A DNA stretch of 64,000 bases from Microthyrium microscopicum (Eukaryota): positions 4,671 through 68,670 of the forward strand of contig MU004234.1 of NCBI GenBank assembly GCA_010405405.1. The letters are read 5' to 3'. The notes under the pieces are model-generated. The model was not told the origin of the DNA and ran no database searches. It saw only the letters and a program-made list of their open reading frames with translations. Shown here in pieces: positions 36,456-49,805 of this stretch. The stretch's first letter is position 1; each line of letters starts with the position of its first letter. A program made the position numbers and the translations under genes.

Positions 36456-39400
36456 TCATGCCGATCCACGTCCGCGACTTGTCCCCTTCCCTCTGCTAGC
36501 CTCACCATTACCGCCAGTCTCAGCTCTCTCCGCTCGCTTCCCTCTACTGTGCTTCTCCCGATTGCCACCATCAGCATCCGCTTTACCGCCCCTCTTCCTA
36601 CCACCCCGTCCTCCTCTCGCACCACCTCTGCCGCCACGCGACCTCGTCGGCGTGTTCGCTGCCACACTATCTCCTGGTACGTCTTCCCCTTGCACACGTG
36701 CACTCTCTTTATCCCACCATTCCTGAAATGCTTGTTCAGCCTGGATCTCGCTGAGACTACGCTTGTCATATGAGCCAGAGAGCACAAGTTTCTCAGCTAC
36801 TTGTTGGCTCTGAATATCGGAGAGATTGACACTACCAGGCGTGATAGATGGCCGAACCGGCATGGGCGTATGGCGTATGGAGCGTGGTTGGATGGGAGAG
36901 TCTGCTGCTGGCGCCGGCGAAGATGTTGTCTGGTGCGGAGTGGGGCGCTGGTGTGGTGGAGCGCTAGTTGTGCGAGGGAGAGTGGTGCTAGGGAGAGACA
37001 TTGGACTAGGTGCTTGCGCCGGTGGGCTGGCGAGGGGGGTTGACTTCTTGGAACTGGGATTAGCGACGGTTTGGCGCATGGTGAGATGTGGTGTTGGTGG
37101 GCCGGCTGAGGTTATGGGCGACGGAGCGTCCGTGATCTTGCTCTTTGGTTTCGGTACGGCTTGCCAGGGTGATGGGGCCATTGAGGAGGATGGCCCGGCG
37201 ATGGGCGAGGATACGTTTTGCATTGCTTGGTGTTGTAGTTTCTTTCGCTCTTTTTGAGACATCTTTGGGATAGAGAGTGAGCCTCCCGATGTCTTCCGAT
37301 CGGTTGTGGGTGTTTCTGATAGACCAAGGGATAAGCCTGAGGGCTGGCGAACACTGGCTTGATCGAGAATATCGCGCATGTTGAGCTTGGATGTTGGCAA
37401 TGGGGAAAGAGATGGCCATGCAGAGCCATCACCTTTCGTTGGCGTAGCTGTTAATGTGCGTATTGAAGGCGACGTACTGGCGATGTGAGAATCTACCGAG
37501 TTGAGCAACTGGTCAGCTTCAGGTGTCTGACGATTCTTCTGACCACTTCGAGAGGCCACAGTCGTCCAATGCGCTGAGGCGCCCATGTAAGGGCTGGATT
37601 GCTGATTAGATCTGGAAGGAGTAGGCACCTCAAGTCCAGCATGATCATCTCCGTCCATATCGAAAATGAGATCCGAAGCTGAAGGCTTCCCACGAAGTAC
37701 AGGCCTTGTTGTGGGACTGGGTGGGCTTTGTAGGCCATGATGCGAAGACCGTCGTCTTGACCGTGATGCTTGCGCTTGTCCTGCCATTTCCGTCTCATGA
37801 AAACTGCCTGCTACAAAGGACGAGCCACCTTTGGGTATTGATTCCGTGTACTTGTTGAATAGTACAATGGAATCAATCTTAGCCTGGCGTTCTTGTTTCA
37901 ATCGAACCTCAAGTCCAGGATTACGGGACAGCAGTCGATCTTCGAGTATTCCGGAACGACTAACAGTAGAGATTTCCAAGTGAGCTTTGCGAGCCGTCTC
38001 ATCTAGTTCGAAGAGAATATCTTCGTCTAATTCGTCAAGTTGACTGCAAGCATTAATATCTTTCTCTTCACAATCATCTCGAAGTGTAACTCACCCATGC
38101 CGCATGACAGCCTCAAAGTTCTTGAAGATATACTTCAAACAAACCATTTTCAGATTCTGAACCTCGCACGGAGCCACCGACATCAGAATCTGGCAGACAT
38201 TCCTCGCGGAAACGTGCGGCCCCAGTTCAGTCTGGCATATTCCAGCCAGCGGTTTGATCATTAGCTCATTGGCCAGACCCATAACTTCGAGAACATGGTC
38301 CACAAAATCATCAACATCACACTCTGCCATGTCTTTAAATAGTTCTTCTCCCATATCGGTATACGCCCACTTGACCACACGGTCAAAGGCCGAGGTAGTA
38401 GCATGCGTCATATCCACCGGGACCAATTCATCTTCATTCTGTCGGTTTGCTATCCACTTACCGCCAGAACGACCTTCAAACAGTGCCTTGAAGAAAGGGG
38501 AGCGTTGGCACATAAGAGCAGCATGAACCTTTCGCTCGCCATCTTCTAGTTGAACAATAGTGTCAATGCCTGGGAGTACAATTGGATCCGATGCATTACT
38601 TTTGAAGAAGTAGGTGAGAGTGTTATAGGATCCAGGGTGTTCATGCTGATTAGAGTCTGTGTTGCGGGCATATTTCTCAAGCCACTCTGCATCTAGCTGA
38701 GTAGCGAGTTTGACCAACTCCGCTCTGAGAGGACGGTACCAGCCAGGGTCCTTGGCGCCCAATGGATACATGGTGAAGCCCACAGACACATGCATTGCAA
38801 TGTTAAGAAGACAGTACCATGAGGTATCGTTGAAAGTGATCTTAGTCTTCTCTCCATTATAATCTATGCTGTATAGCTGTGGTGTACTTGACTGCTGGAA
38901 TGCTAAAAGATCCTTCCGCAGAATTGGACTACAAGCTCCAAGCATAAAGGAGTGGACTGGGACAGCAATCTCTGAAGTGCTTGTCGCCAGAAGCACGTCG
39001 GGTCCCAAGAACGAAGATGTATTGAAGTTGTTGCATAGCTGTTTAAACATCGCATCGAACTTTTCAAGGCCTGGTGCTGGTGCAAACCAGGCAAATGCGC
39101 ATATCTCTTTGGCGCTAGGAAAAATGTCATCTTTGAAAAGAGACATCTTGAGTAGCTCGTTATCCAGAGATCTGCCAGGATAACTCAGTCCCATGCCGGA
39201 GACCGGGGTTTCCTGTCGAACAGCAGCGTAAGCACCAGCGCCAGAAGCACGAATGGCTCCGATTGAGGTTAAGCCGGATATGCGGGAGAACTTGTAGTCT
39301 TTTGGCTTGTAGGCTGCAGTGCCTGCGTAGCTTCGTTCCTTTATCTTCGCACGCTTCACTCGGCGCCAGACACTGCCAGCTTCCGTGACCAAGACAACTA

Positions 39401-41225
39401 GGCCATTTTGATCAACAGCAACATCTTTCGCAGCGAGTCGACTCTTGCGATTTGCCCAAACTTGTACGGGTATAGATACAGCTCCACGGATTTTGGCTGG
39501 GTTTGTGGTCGATGAATTAGCTCCTGGGGGGGCTAGTGAAGGACGAGATACTGTGAGTGTGAAGATCTTTCCACTATCCGAGAGGGCAGCAATGGTGTCA
39601 CCCGACGCCGCGATCTTGACAATGGAGGTATGAAAGTCATACCGGGCCATAGTCTGATTTCTCGAGCTCTGCGAGGTAAAGTGATTTGGTAAGAAGTCTG
39701 ACATGAAGCTGATTTTGGTATATCCATAATTTGCGTATACCCAAACGTCCCCGCAAGTCAAAAGACATATGGTAGCATTGTCAATAGCTGCAACTGAACG
39801 AATAGTTGATGAGAACTTGTTTCCGCCAACCTTGCGGGGAACACTAATGGTGTCCCACGATCGAGCATCGGAATCGACGATACCAAGCTGACCTTTGTTC
39901 TTACCGAATGTGAACAATTCATTTGCAGTATGGATAACGGAATGAATTCCTGATGCAGCAATTCCGACCACGATTTCTTTTCTAAGGGGACCATAGATTT
40001 GACGAGGAAGCAGTTGAACAGCGTCTTCCGCTTTGGTAGAATTGGCCATAGCATATCCAAGTTGGCCATATTGATTGCTGCCCCAAGAAAAGACTTCGCC
40101 CCGGGAAGTCAAAGCCAATGTATGGTGATATCCCAAAGCAATCGCAGCAGTCTTTCGGTATTTCAATTCGCCAGTTTGAACACAGACAAATTGAAATCGC
40201 GTTCTCTCATCGCCAAGTCCCAAACGACCACCGGAGCCATGACCACATATGTAAACATTTGATACGGGGTCGTCAGTAAGGACCGCGGTGGAGAATTTGC
40301 CCATCTCAACCTCGCGAACTATCAAGGCCTTTTGCCGGATGTGAAAAGGAATGGCCTTGTCGCCGGGATCTTTGGCGTAATACTTTTGACGAGAACAGTA
40401 CTCCCTGAAAAATTGCAGAACCAGGCTCTCCGGTCGTCGAAGCACAATTCTCTCCGGAAACTGACGATCATCCTCATCGCCAAATCCTAGTGAGAGGTTT
40501 TTATTGCTGCCAAACGTGAAGACCTCTTGCCCTTTCAGATTAATCTGCCGGTTCAAGGGATTTTGAGTAGATGTAAGCAGTCGTGCGTTGTGGCTAGACG
40601 AAGCGTCATCGTCAGAATCTTCATCGGAATCGGTATCATCCTCAAGCCGAGCTCCGACAGTGCTGTTGTTTGGTTCCGAGAAGGTTTGTTCCAGGACATC
40701 AAACGGACCATTTCCTTCATGGTCTTTGATCTTGATCAATCCACCAGGATGCTGAAGACTAGCGTTTGCTGATTGATATGCATCGTGCATATCGCGAGTC
40801 AGAATCGCGATAGCAATAGTCATATTGCCCTGATAAAACGCTCTATGCAGCGCAGTCCAACCACTTTCCTCATCTTGAGCATAAATGTCCGTCAATGGGT
40901 GATCCAGCAGGGCCTGTGCAAATTCAACGGCCGACGCCTCGCGCGCTGAAGCGGCCAAATGTAGAAGCGTCCGTCCGTGTGAATCTCGGCGATTCAAGTC
41001 TGCGCGACTTAATGTGATGCCAGCGGGCAGTTTGCCAGCTCTTGCGCTCACACGAGGGGGGGATGCCACTCCCCAATCCAAGCCGTCTGCTGGACTGTGC
41101 GCAGCCGGCCCACTATCATGGCCTTTCGATGTCCGTATGCGAGGGGCGACCGTGGCCGCATCGAGTACGGCTCGGAAGGTCGCCACATCGTCTTGGAGAT
41201 ATGCTTTCCAGAGATAACCACTCAT
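36456..41225 (-). CDS. btb1: Ankyrin-RCC1-BTB/POZ protein (Btb1/IBtk-like Cul3 adaptor); intron 38044-38094
   Basis: GRTLLHLAAS and ESGWTALHRAFY ankyrin repeats; FTFGSNKNLSLG, GHGSGGRLG, WGSNQYGQLG RCC1 repeats; two BTB segments (VHSFML, VHAALMCQRSPFF); C-terminal SLSEIQAEQAFQEWWDKES. Confidence 0.92.
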
Positions 41226-41677
41226 GTGCAGAATAAAGAAGGAAGGGAAGAACTAGCTCGCAGATCTTCGTCAAGTACCTCGCCTCGACCTCTTGGGACC
41301 GAAGCTTGTTTAAAGGAAGGACGAAGAGGCGAGCAAGAGCTCCGTGGGGTGTATAATCGTGGTTGCGCAAGTGAGTCAGCGAGACAGTCGGAGTGTGGCA
41401 AGATGTAAGATGCGATCAAAGGGCTTCAAAGGACGAGTTGAAGAAGTAAATAGCGAGTACGGATATATGAAGGTTTGACGAGGAAAGGAATAATGAATTA
41501 GAGCTGGACAGTGTGCGATGGATCGGATAAGGCTGCCAGTGGACTGGGGATAGAGTTGGTGGAGGTTCGGTTGGTGACGCGCAGAAGACGCGGGTTGGTT
41601 ATCAGCTGCGGGAAGAATCGGTTCGATGGACGATATCAACTAAAACCACAATACACACTATGTATAGTAGACAGGCT

Positions 41678-41701
41678 CAATTCAATTCAATTCAATTCAA
41701 T
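41678..41701. repeat. (CAATT)n microsatellite
   Basis: caattcaattcaattcaattcaat. Confidence 0.8.
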
Positions 41702-42157
41702 ACAAGCAGGCAGACAGAGAAGATATATGCAGCGCTTGAGATAATTCTGAAAGAGCGGAGAGCTGCCCCTTGAGCACTTCCGAGGCTTTGGCTCATGGCT
41801 TCCCCAGTACTTCTTACTCACTTAGTACAGGTAAATGCAGGACATAACAGGTACATATCTATACATATTCCAGGGCTAGGAGAGATCTCGCGAACCATTG
41901 ATCATCACTTGCAGCTTCACGTGGTCGCGTCTTTATCGTGCTTCCTCCTGCATGACAGCATGTGCTCTCGCGACTGGTTCAAAGTTTCCTTCACCACTCA
42001 CTATGTACTGACCACCCCTTGGAGCACCCAAAGTAGCTTCTCCGTTTTCTTACGAAGTCGTTAAATGCGCGCTACTTCAATATATGGGTATTCAATCCAA
42101 TGGCGCGCTGGATTCCATGCCATTAAATCTGAAGGGATTTGACACGAGCTAGGAATT

Positions 42158-42926
42158 TCATGATTGGCGCTTGCCAGTGGCTGTAAAGAGGACTGTATGC
42201 TTTCCATTCTTGAAGTTGCCCGTCGCCCCAATTACACCCTCAATGAAGCCTCTTGCAATACTTGTCTGCTTTGCCGACATTTCCTCTGTATCCATGCTGT
42301 TCAAGTACGCAAGCACTGGCTCAGCCGTCGGCACCGAGACATCTCCCGGAAATCGCTCTGACTTAACATCCACAAAGTAACGACCCAATAGATCTCCCGC
42401 ATTCTCAGCGAAAATCCGAGCCTGCTTTAATGCTAATGCTGGACGTCCAACGTTTATACTCAAAGCACTGAGCTCGGGATTGGCATCGCGTCCGCTCAGC
42501 GACACGATGAGCTTGCCTCCACGTCGCAAAACTCGAGCAAATTCTGCCAGAACAGCGTGTAGATCATCAACGTGGTAGAGCATAGAGTTGGCGATGACCA
42601 TATCAAAGTGGTGATCTAAGAATGGCAATTGTGCTGCGTCGCATTGCCTGACTTCTGCACTGCCAATTTCCAGTGCCTTCAGAGCATCAACACATTGCTG
42701 GCGAAAAGTCCGTCAGGGTCAGATGAGCTTTCGAGTGGTCGATATGCTTCCATAGCTCGCCAGTACCTGCGCCCACCTCAAAGACATGTCCTTCCATGGT
42801 GAGGCGCTCACTGAGCCATGAAAACCAGCTTTGCGGATTGGTGCTGTACGAGTGGATTGCAATGCGAGTCGTAAGGTTGTCACTCGTCTCAAGGCACTGC
42901 TTCGCTGCGATAGTGGACGGGTCCAT
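42158..42926 (-). pseudogene. Class I SAM-dependent methyltransferase interrupted by a single +1 frameshift at about 42689
   Basis: VFEVGAGTGELW and LTDFSPAMC in ORF 1; removing one T gives DALKALEIGSAEVRQCDAAQLPFLDHHFDMVIANSMLYHV...RVLRRGG. No intron signals at the junction. Confidence 0.8.
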
Positions 42927-44773
42927 GGTACCAAAAATTGTGGAATCTGATGCTGAAGGTTATTGAATTTGGTGTTTTCGAGTGCTTTTGCATTTGGGCG
43001 GGTCAGACTGATCTGAATCCTTCATTTAATCCCTCCTTCCCGAGTCTAAAGATAACCCACCCCTATCATACACACATAACACTGCCATCAATCATTGCAG
43101 TCTTGCAGGGAGCCTAAGCTCATGTTTGCTCCTTATATCAGATGGACTACGAGGTGAGTACTATCGAAACATGTTTAAACACTACTACACGGTAAAGAAT
43201 TTTCGAAGTCGGAATGGTCGACAAGTGGCCAGATTACAGCTCTTATACACTCAACTTCTGCTACGAAGCTTTGAACAACCGCCATATCCCATATTGCTGT
43301 TCTAGAAATGCGAGACAACTGTTTCAGCCTAATAGGAATTAAAACCGAATAACGATTGGATACACCCTACACTGCGTGGCTTCTCACCAGCAGACCTCTG
43401 GTACTAAAGCAAACCATGAGGATGCTGATCGTGTTGGAGATCCTGGCATTTCGGAGTCTGTACCGCTCAAAGAGTAATCTATAATTGCCCGAAAGAGATA
43501 TTGCCTGCTTCTAAGCGTAGGCTTCCCCACATTCTTTAATAACCACCTTGGACCAAGGGCCAATTGCCAGCATTTTCAAACCACAGCAAGGCACACTATC
43601 CAATTACAAAACAGCAGAATTCAGTCAGTTACGCGTAACAATCAAGTGATCATGGCCAAGCTTCGCTACATCCAATAACCATACTCTTCATACTACCACA
43701 ATGATTCCCTATTACCTTCCTGGAAAGGTCAACAGACCACTTTTCTTCGGCGCTATCCAGATTGCCCTAAGACGGACAACAACGCGGCTGATCAAAACCC
43801 TCTTCCGCGGTCAACTGGCTAGATGAAAAACACTGGCCGCAGATTTTCCCGGTATTGATCTCTAATGAAGATGAGCCGCATGGTACGCCGCAGGCGCATT
43901 TTTCATCAGCTGGCCAAAGCATAGTAATGGGAGATGATCGTATGATTTATGGGCAGTCCCTTTCAATATCTCTTTGGTGTTTGCGAACCTCGTGAGCTGG
44001 CCATATGAAGTCAATGCTCCCCCCATAAGGACTAGGATTTTCCGGGGTTGCGTCGTACTCGAGTGGTTTATCCCAGGAAAGAGTACGTGGAGACCGCGAT
44101 GTACATGATACTCAAGCTCAAATCTAGAATCTGAGGCGAATTGTCTGGCCTGCACCTGGAGTTTGACGCTCAAAGTGCATGGAATTCACCGAAGTGACAA
44201 CGGTCTCGACCCTATACAAGTTACTTGATACAATAGAATAAGAATATGGTAGTAGTACTGAACTAGTCTTTACTGTTGAATACAACTTAATCCCAAATAT
44301 CAAGACCTATCCTAGGATGCAATCACTATTTTGTTATTGGTTTAACGCAAGGATAACCATACGACCTTCCCACATCTGAGCAATTAACAAATCAAATGAT
44401 CTTGAAAATGCCAATGCATTGATCTACTCTCATGTCTTTCATACTTGCTGTGGCACCTTCCCGCAGCTAGGATGCACAAGTGGCTGGAAGAAGAAAATGG
44501 TCCCACGACACCATTCATCTTGTCATAGTACACGAATCTTTAATATTCAGCGCAATACTTATCCTAGAGTTCCGGGGGATCCAAGGGTCAGGAACAGCAA
44601 AGCCTAGCTATCATGTTTAAGCCCAAACGTACACACATCTTCGCCAAGAGGTATCTTGTTATATATATGTAAAGCCTCGACCGGTTCAATACCTAATTAC
44701 CCAGTCTTCACTCGATCGTCTTCTCACACTCCTTTAAACTAGTCTCTCATTTAGCTAGCCTAAATTCTTCAAG

Positions 44774-45529
44774 ATGAAGTTCCTCGCAGCAGCACTCCTT
44801 CTCTCAACGGCCCTGGCGGCCCCAACAATTTTGGATATCGAGAAGCGCCAGGTAACCGCAAGTTCGGCGAAAGGCAAAGGCAAAGGCAAAGGCACAGAAA
44901 CAGCCGCCCCAGAAAAACCCGCTCCAGAAAAGAACAGCTGCAAACCGGCGTTCGTCTGGGCCCGTGGTTCCACCGAACTACCCCCAATGGTACAATATCA
45001 CTGACTTGTCATCACTGCGATCTTCTCGACTAACCATGTATGATAGGGCTACTTCGTTGGAGATTCTCTCAAGAGCTACGTTGACAAAGCAATCCCCGGT
45101 ATCGTCACATTTCCAGTCTATTACGCCGCGTCCATAACCACCAACATCGCCATCGCACGCACCGACGACGCCTCCATCAAAATCGGCCGCGAAACTTTCG
45201 AGAAAGCGTGGGCCGCCTGCAAAGGTCGCACAATCATTGCCGGTGGCTACTCGCAAGGCGCTGCAGTGATGACCAATGTTATCCCCAAGCTACCCGCCGA
45301 GATGAAGGAGAAGATTGCAGCCGTCGCACTATTTGGCTCCACGATGAACTACCAGACCAGTGGCCATGTTCCCAACTTCCCCAAGGAGAAGAGCCGGACA
45401 TGGTGCAATGCCACAGATGGTGTATGCGGTGGTAGCTTATTGGTCAACCTTGGACATTTGTCGTATAGCAACTCGCAGATCAGTGAGGCAGCGACCTGGA
45501 TGGCAGGGTTGGTGAAGGCGGCGGCATAG
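44774..45529 (+). CDS. Secreted cutinase (CE5); intron 44990-45046
   Basis: Signal peptide; WARGSTE; GGYSQGAAV nucleophile motif; CNATDGVC and HLSY catalytic Asp/His region. Confidence 0.95.
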
Positions 45530-47240
45530 ATGCGCTGCTGACTGATGCGGCGTTGTATAATGTGATTATGTCTAACAGTTAGTTGTATATATCAGGGAGA
45601 GCTAAGCTCGGCATATAGAGATAATGGCCTATGGAAGAATATCCAGATACATACATTGAACTCTCATGATAGATATTGTCCTATTCTTCCAAGGTCAGGT
45701 GTGATATTCCATATCATTTTCACTTATCGAAACCATAATATAGCCATTTCTCATAGAAGTGATACAATGCCTGGAAAGTACTGGAGTAATTCTCTGAAAC
45801 TCGATATGGCAAAGTCCGATTATCCGCCAATACAGCTGCGAGAAGAAATGAAGTCAAAGTCACAGATTTGTCCGCATGTAATTGGTTGTATATCCACCTG
45901 TCCTGTACCTGATATCAATTCAAACCCTAAAGGAATTCCCGGGACTAACAGAGTCAAACTGGGAATCATATGATGGTCCCGACTTGCTTGTTCCCCACAA
46001 GACAAGCTTTCCTGGTAATATCCCGGAATCATATATCAGCAACTGGCAAATCAAACGGCAAAGTACACACGTCAAGCAGCCAATAGGTCTGCGGCAACCT
46101 CCGAAATTCCTTCCATGATATTTTCTAGAATACACAGTACATCTCTGGACACCTTTAACTTGGGCGTCTAGGTACTTCGACTAAATGAAAGCTAGATGGA
46201 TTACAACTCGTCATATTGTGTCATATGGAACATAAGAGCTGTTCCTTGTTCCAATGATTCGAGCTGAAAATTCATTTTTCAGGTTCAACAAGAATGTAGG
46301 TTTCGTAATATCTTCGCAGAGTGCTTACGATTTGAAGCATCCACCATGACTTATCGTATGTTGCGACAATCTAATATTGTTTTCTTGAAACTAGAGTCAC
46401 ACACCCAACTTTGGAAAGGCCCAAAAAGGCGTAACAAATCTATTGATGAGTGTGAGTGCTCGGATAGTACATAGCAAGCTAAGTATTTCTAGAATTCCAG
46501 GTGCTCCAATGTGCCAAAATTGAATACTTTGAATGTCTCAGACCTTGGTAGTGTCACCCAAGGACGGAATGTTCCTACTCTAGAGATTATATATTACCGA
46601 ATTTCTGTTGGTATTTTGTTCTAACCGTTTCCTAGTAACCTCTCAAACTGGACCACAGGTGGGTCTCAAAGACCTTGACCTTGGGATCATAAAAACCATA
46701 CGACATGAAGAAGTAAAAATTACTACTTCATAGTCGAAATTGAACAAAGATTATTTCCAATCATTTTATAATGGTTAAAAGTGTCGTACGCATACATTAG
46801 CAGCTTCCGCCGCAGTAATGGTGCGCCTGCGCTAAAACTGCTGTGTGTGACTTCTCAAAAAACCTGCAGCAGAGCAGAACAACTTTGTCCAACCACCAGT
46901 TGACACCAGACCAGACGCAGGTCCTGCATCGCAGTCACTTCGTGCATCCAGCTGCTCATTGCGTGTTCCACGAAAGCGGTCAGTATGATGGCAGTCCTTG
47001 GTGCTGATCAGGCAATCGCTAGCCTGTCGGTTGCATGGCCCATCTCATCCTCCTGGGTGAGATTCGTCTCGCGTTCCGTGCTCTCGACATCGCCTCATCA
47101 TTTTCTATTCCTATATACTTTAAACCTATAAACTCTATGCGTTTGCATCTTTGAAGAGAAATTCGCGGGTCCAAGCAGCCTTTTCTAAGAACTCACACGA
47201 TCATTGCCCCTATAACGCACCTAATTGCCTACTGTTTACC

Positions 47241-48221
47241 ATGAACAACGCCCCACAGCCTCCATCATCTCCTCCTCCAGCATCTCCTTCTCCAGAGAAA
47301 GATGGTCATGGCGCGGATACATCGGACGGTATTAGCTCTATAGCTCCAGAGCATCGTGAGTTCCCTCTCCCCAAGCTCATACTCGAATAGACGGACTAAC
47401 CCAATGCAGCAAATGCGCCAGCTCCCATTGCACCAGCACCAGGCTTGCCAGGTCATGGAGTTGCCCATCCATCCCTAGCGAATCTCAACCAAATCCTCAC
47501 TCTCACACAATTTCGTGGATTGATGGGGATCCCGTTTGACGATAGTACCCTTCCAACGTCTAACGATCCCTTAGCTCAACCCTTCAAACCAGTGCTACTC
47601 AGACCACCCAGAGTAACACCGAACTGGCTCTACAAAATCTTCTCATCTTCCGATCCCGAAGCTCCTACATCCATATACTACACCCTCCTTGAGCAAGAAC
47701 GTTATTCCTGGCGAAAGTATATCATTTACGACTGGTTAACGTACGGAGCTCTTGTCTCGCAACTCGTTCTTTCAGCAGCGTTAATCATTCTCGGCGCGCT
47801 TCCTAGTAGTCATCACATCAGCATCAGTATCATAGGTGCCGCAGGGGGTGTGCTGGCTGGCATCTTGTCTATCCTCAAGGGCCAGGGGCTGCCTACTAGG
47901 CTTCTCCGGTATGCCGATGGACTGCGCCAGGTACGCGAGGCCATTGAATTCGACGAGCGGGAACTACGTGTCGGGCTCAAATATGTCACGCTCGGAGATG
48001 CTATGGCACATCGCGAAGCGTACGAGAATGCACGTAGCGCGGAGATTACCAATATGCCCGATGTATGGCAGGCGGCGGAGGCTTTGAAGGGTGGGAAACC
48101 TGGGGCGGCTGGAACTACGACCAGTGGGCCGCCTCCTGGGACGTTTTCAAAGATTCCAGAACAACATCAGGCTACGCTTCATACTCCCGCCCCTGTTGTA
48201 CCGGGAGATCATAATGTTTGA
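47241..48221 (+). CDS. Fungal SLATT-domain (SMODS/SLOG-associating 2-TM) protein; intron 47356-47409
   Basis: Two TM helices QLVLSAALIILGA and ISIIGAAGGVLAGILSILKGQGLPTRL followed by LRQVREAIEFDEREL, matching the SLATT_fungal pattern. Confidence 0.8.
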
Positions 48222-48512
48222 GTTAGGGATCGGTTGACAGAGGACATGGTGTGTTCCAGTTTGTACATGAGATTGATGAGACCATGATTGTTATGCCCAG
48301 CGAAGACTGTTGTCTAATGTCGTTGAGGAATGCAAGAGGTATGGAGATAGAGAAATGAAGAACAAGTGGAATCCTCCTCGTCTTCTTAAAGGATTTAGAT
48401 GGTGGCACAAGGGCTCTTCAGGGTCCACTCTTGATGCATAACAAGCCCACTTAATAACCTTAATTGCCCTTCAACTACTACTTGTACTACTAGTACATAG
48501 TATAAGGTAGTA

Positions 48513-49035
48513 CCCATGCCTTGGTCCAGACATCCCCGCTAGGGGATGCCCACCGTTCCAACCGCCAACCGTTCCAACCGCCAACTTTTTTTAACTAGCG
48601 TTTACTAACAAAATTATTAAACCTATATTCTTAAATAACTTATTTATCTATTTATACTTTTTCTTAAAATTTTAAACTTAGCTTTATATAACTATAAAGA
48701 GTCTTATTACCTATTTTTTAAAGTATAATTATTTCTAGTTCTTTTATAAATTAAGAGAAAGTAAAAGTAGTTTATAAGGCTCTAAGAAATAAAAGCTAAC
48801 TCTTTTAACAATAAAGATATAATTCTAAAAAATACTTAGTTAAATTCTTATTATAGTCCTAAGTCTAATATAAATACTTTTTTATTATATAAAGACTTAG
48901 TTAAAAAGTTATATTTAATATAAAAGTCTTAAAATTAGCCTGTTTTTGGTGCAAAAATGGGTTGGCGGTTGGAACGGTTGGCGGTTGGAACGGTGGGCAT
49001 CCCCTAGCGGGGATGTTCAGGACTCTGGGCATGGG
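48513..49035. mobile_element. Non-autonomous TIR element (MITE, Tc1/mariner-like) with about 73-bp TIRs, flanked by TA
   Basis: Left end cccatgcc...catccccgctaggggatgcccaccgttccaaccgccaaccgttccaaccgccaac is the reverse complement of 48961-49035; TA at 48511-12 and 49036-37; AT-rich, RIP-like interior. Confidence 0.9.
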
Positions 49036-49805
49036 TACTAAGAATATCTTCCGACCCGAGACCCACTCGGACTCCACCCATTTTCCCACTTGTTCCCAAA
49101 AGAGGGGTAACAAATCCGGGGTAACAAGTTCACTTCTATACGAACCAGCCTTTGTTGCTCTGCTTTCCGGTCCTTATGTACGGGAATGGCATGAACCAAT
49201 GCTTGAGATGATTGATCCATGGAAGAACAGAAACTGTCTACCTAGCTCTCATAGCGCTTATCGCGTTCTGCAATTGCAAGTGTGTTCCTGGCAGCAGCAA
49301 TGAAGACGACCAGCCACCCAAGACGCGCCAGTACTAAGAGGTAGTTTTGAGCTTATACCAAAACGGCAGAGGACTCTCTAGCCGAGGGAATATGCATGTT
49401 TGGAGAGGTGGTTTGTCGCCTCAATCAGCGGTGGGGGAGGTGATTTATCATTTTAGGAAGGTCAATTCCAATCTTACGTACTGATCGCCTCTACTGTATT
49501 CACCTCTACATCTACTGTCCAGTGAGTTCGCTCTACTCCTGCTATCGTGACAACATCTTCGAGGTCGCGAGTGCTCTTCTTGATTCCAGGCTTGACGCCA
49601 CAGAATAAGCAAAAGCTCAAAGTGTGCATGTACCGAGGACCAAAATAATCCTACAATTCTCCTCACCAAACAACCCACTAAGAGCTAAGCGATTGCAAAC
49701 CGTTGAATACTCGACATCTCCAAGTTGACAGTCTGGATATCTACCTCTTCCAAACACATTCACCACTTTAACTCAACCTCTCGACCCTCGATTCCTGGAC
49801 TCATC

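Noticed and set aside
36428..37432. Many antisense and alternate-frame ORFs over the btb1 3' exon (similar ones over PLC1, MFS and GDPD)
   Set aside because: Shadow ORFs of GC-rich coding sequence.
44870..44893. (AAAGGC)n repeat
   Set aside because: It simply encodes a KGKGKGKG linker in the cutinase pro-region.
45656..46135. Cluster of short ORFs downstream of the cutinase
   Set aside because: No consistent frame, splice pattern or family motif.
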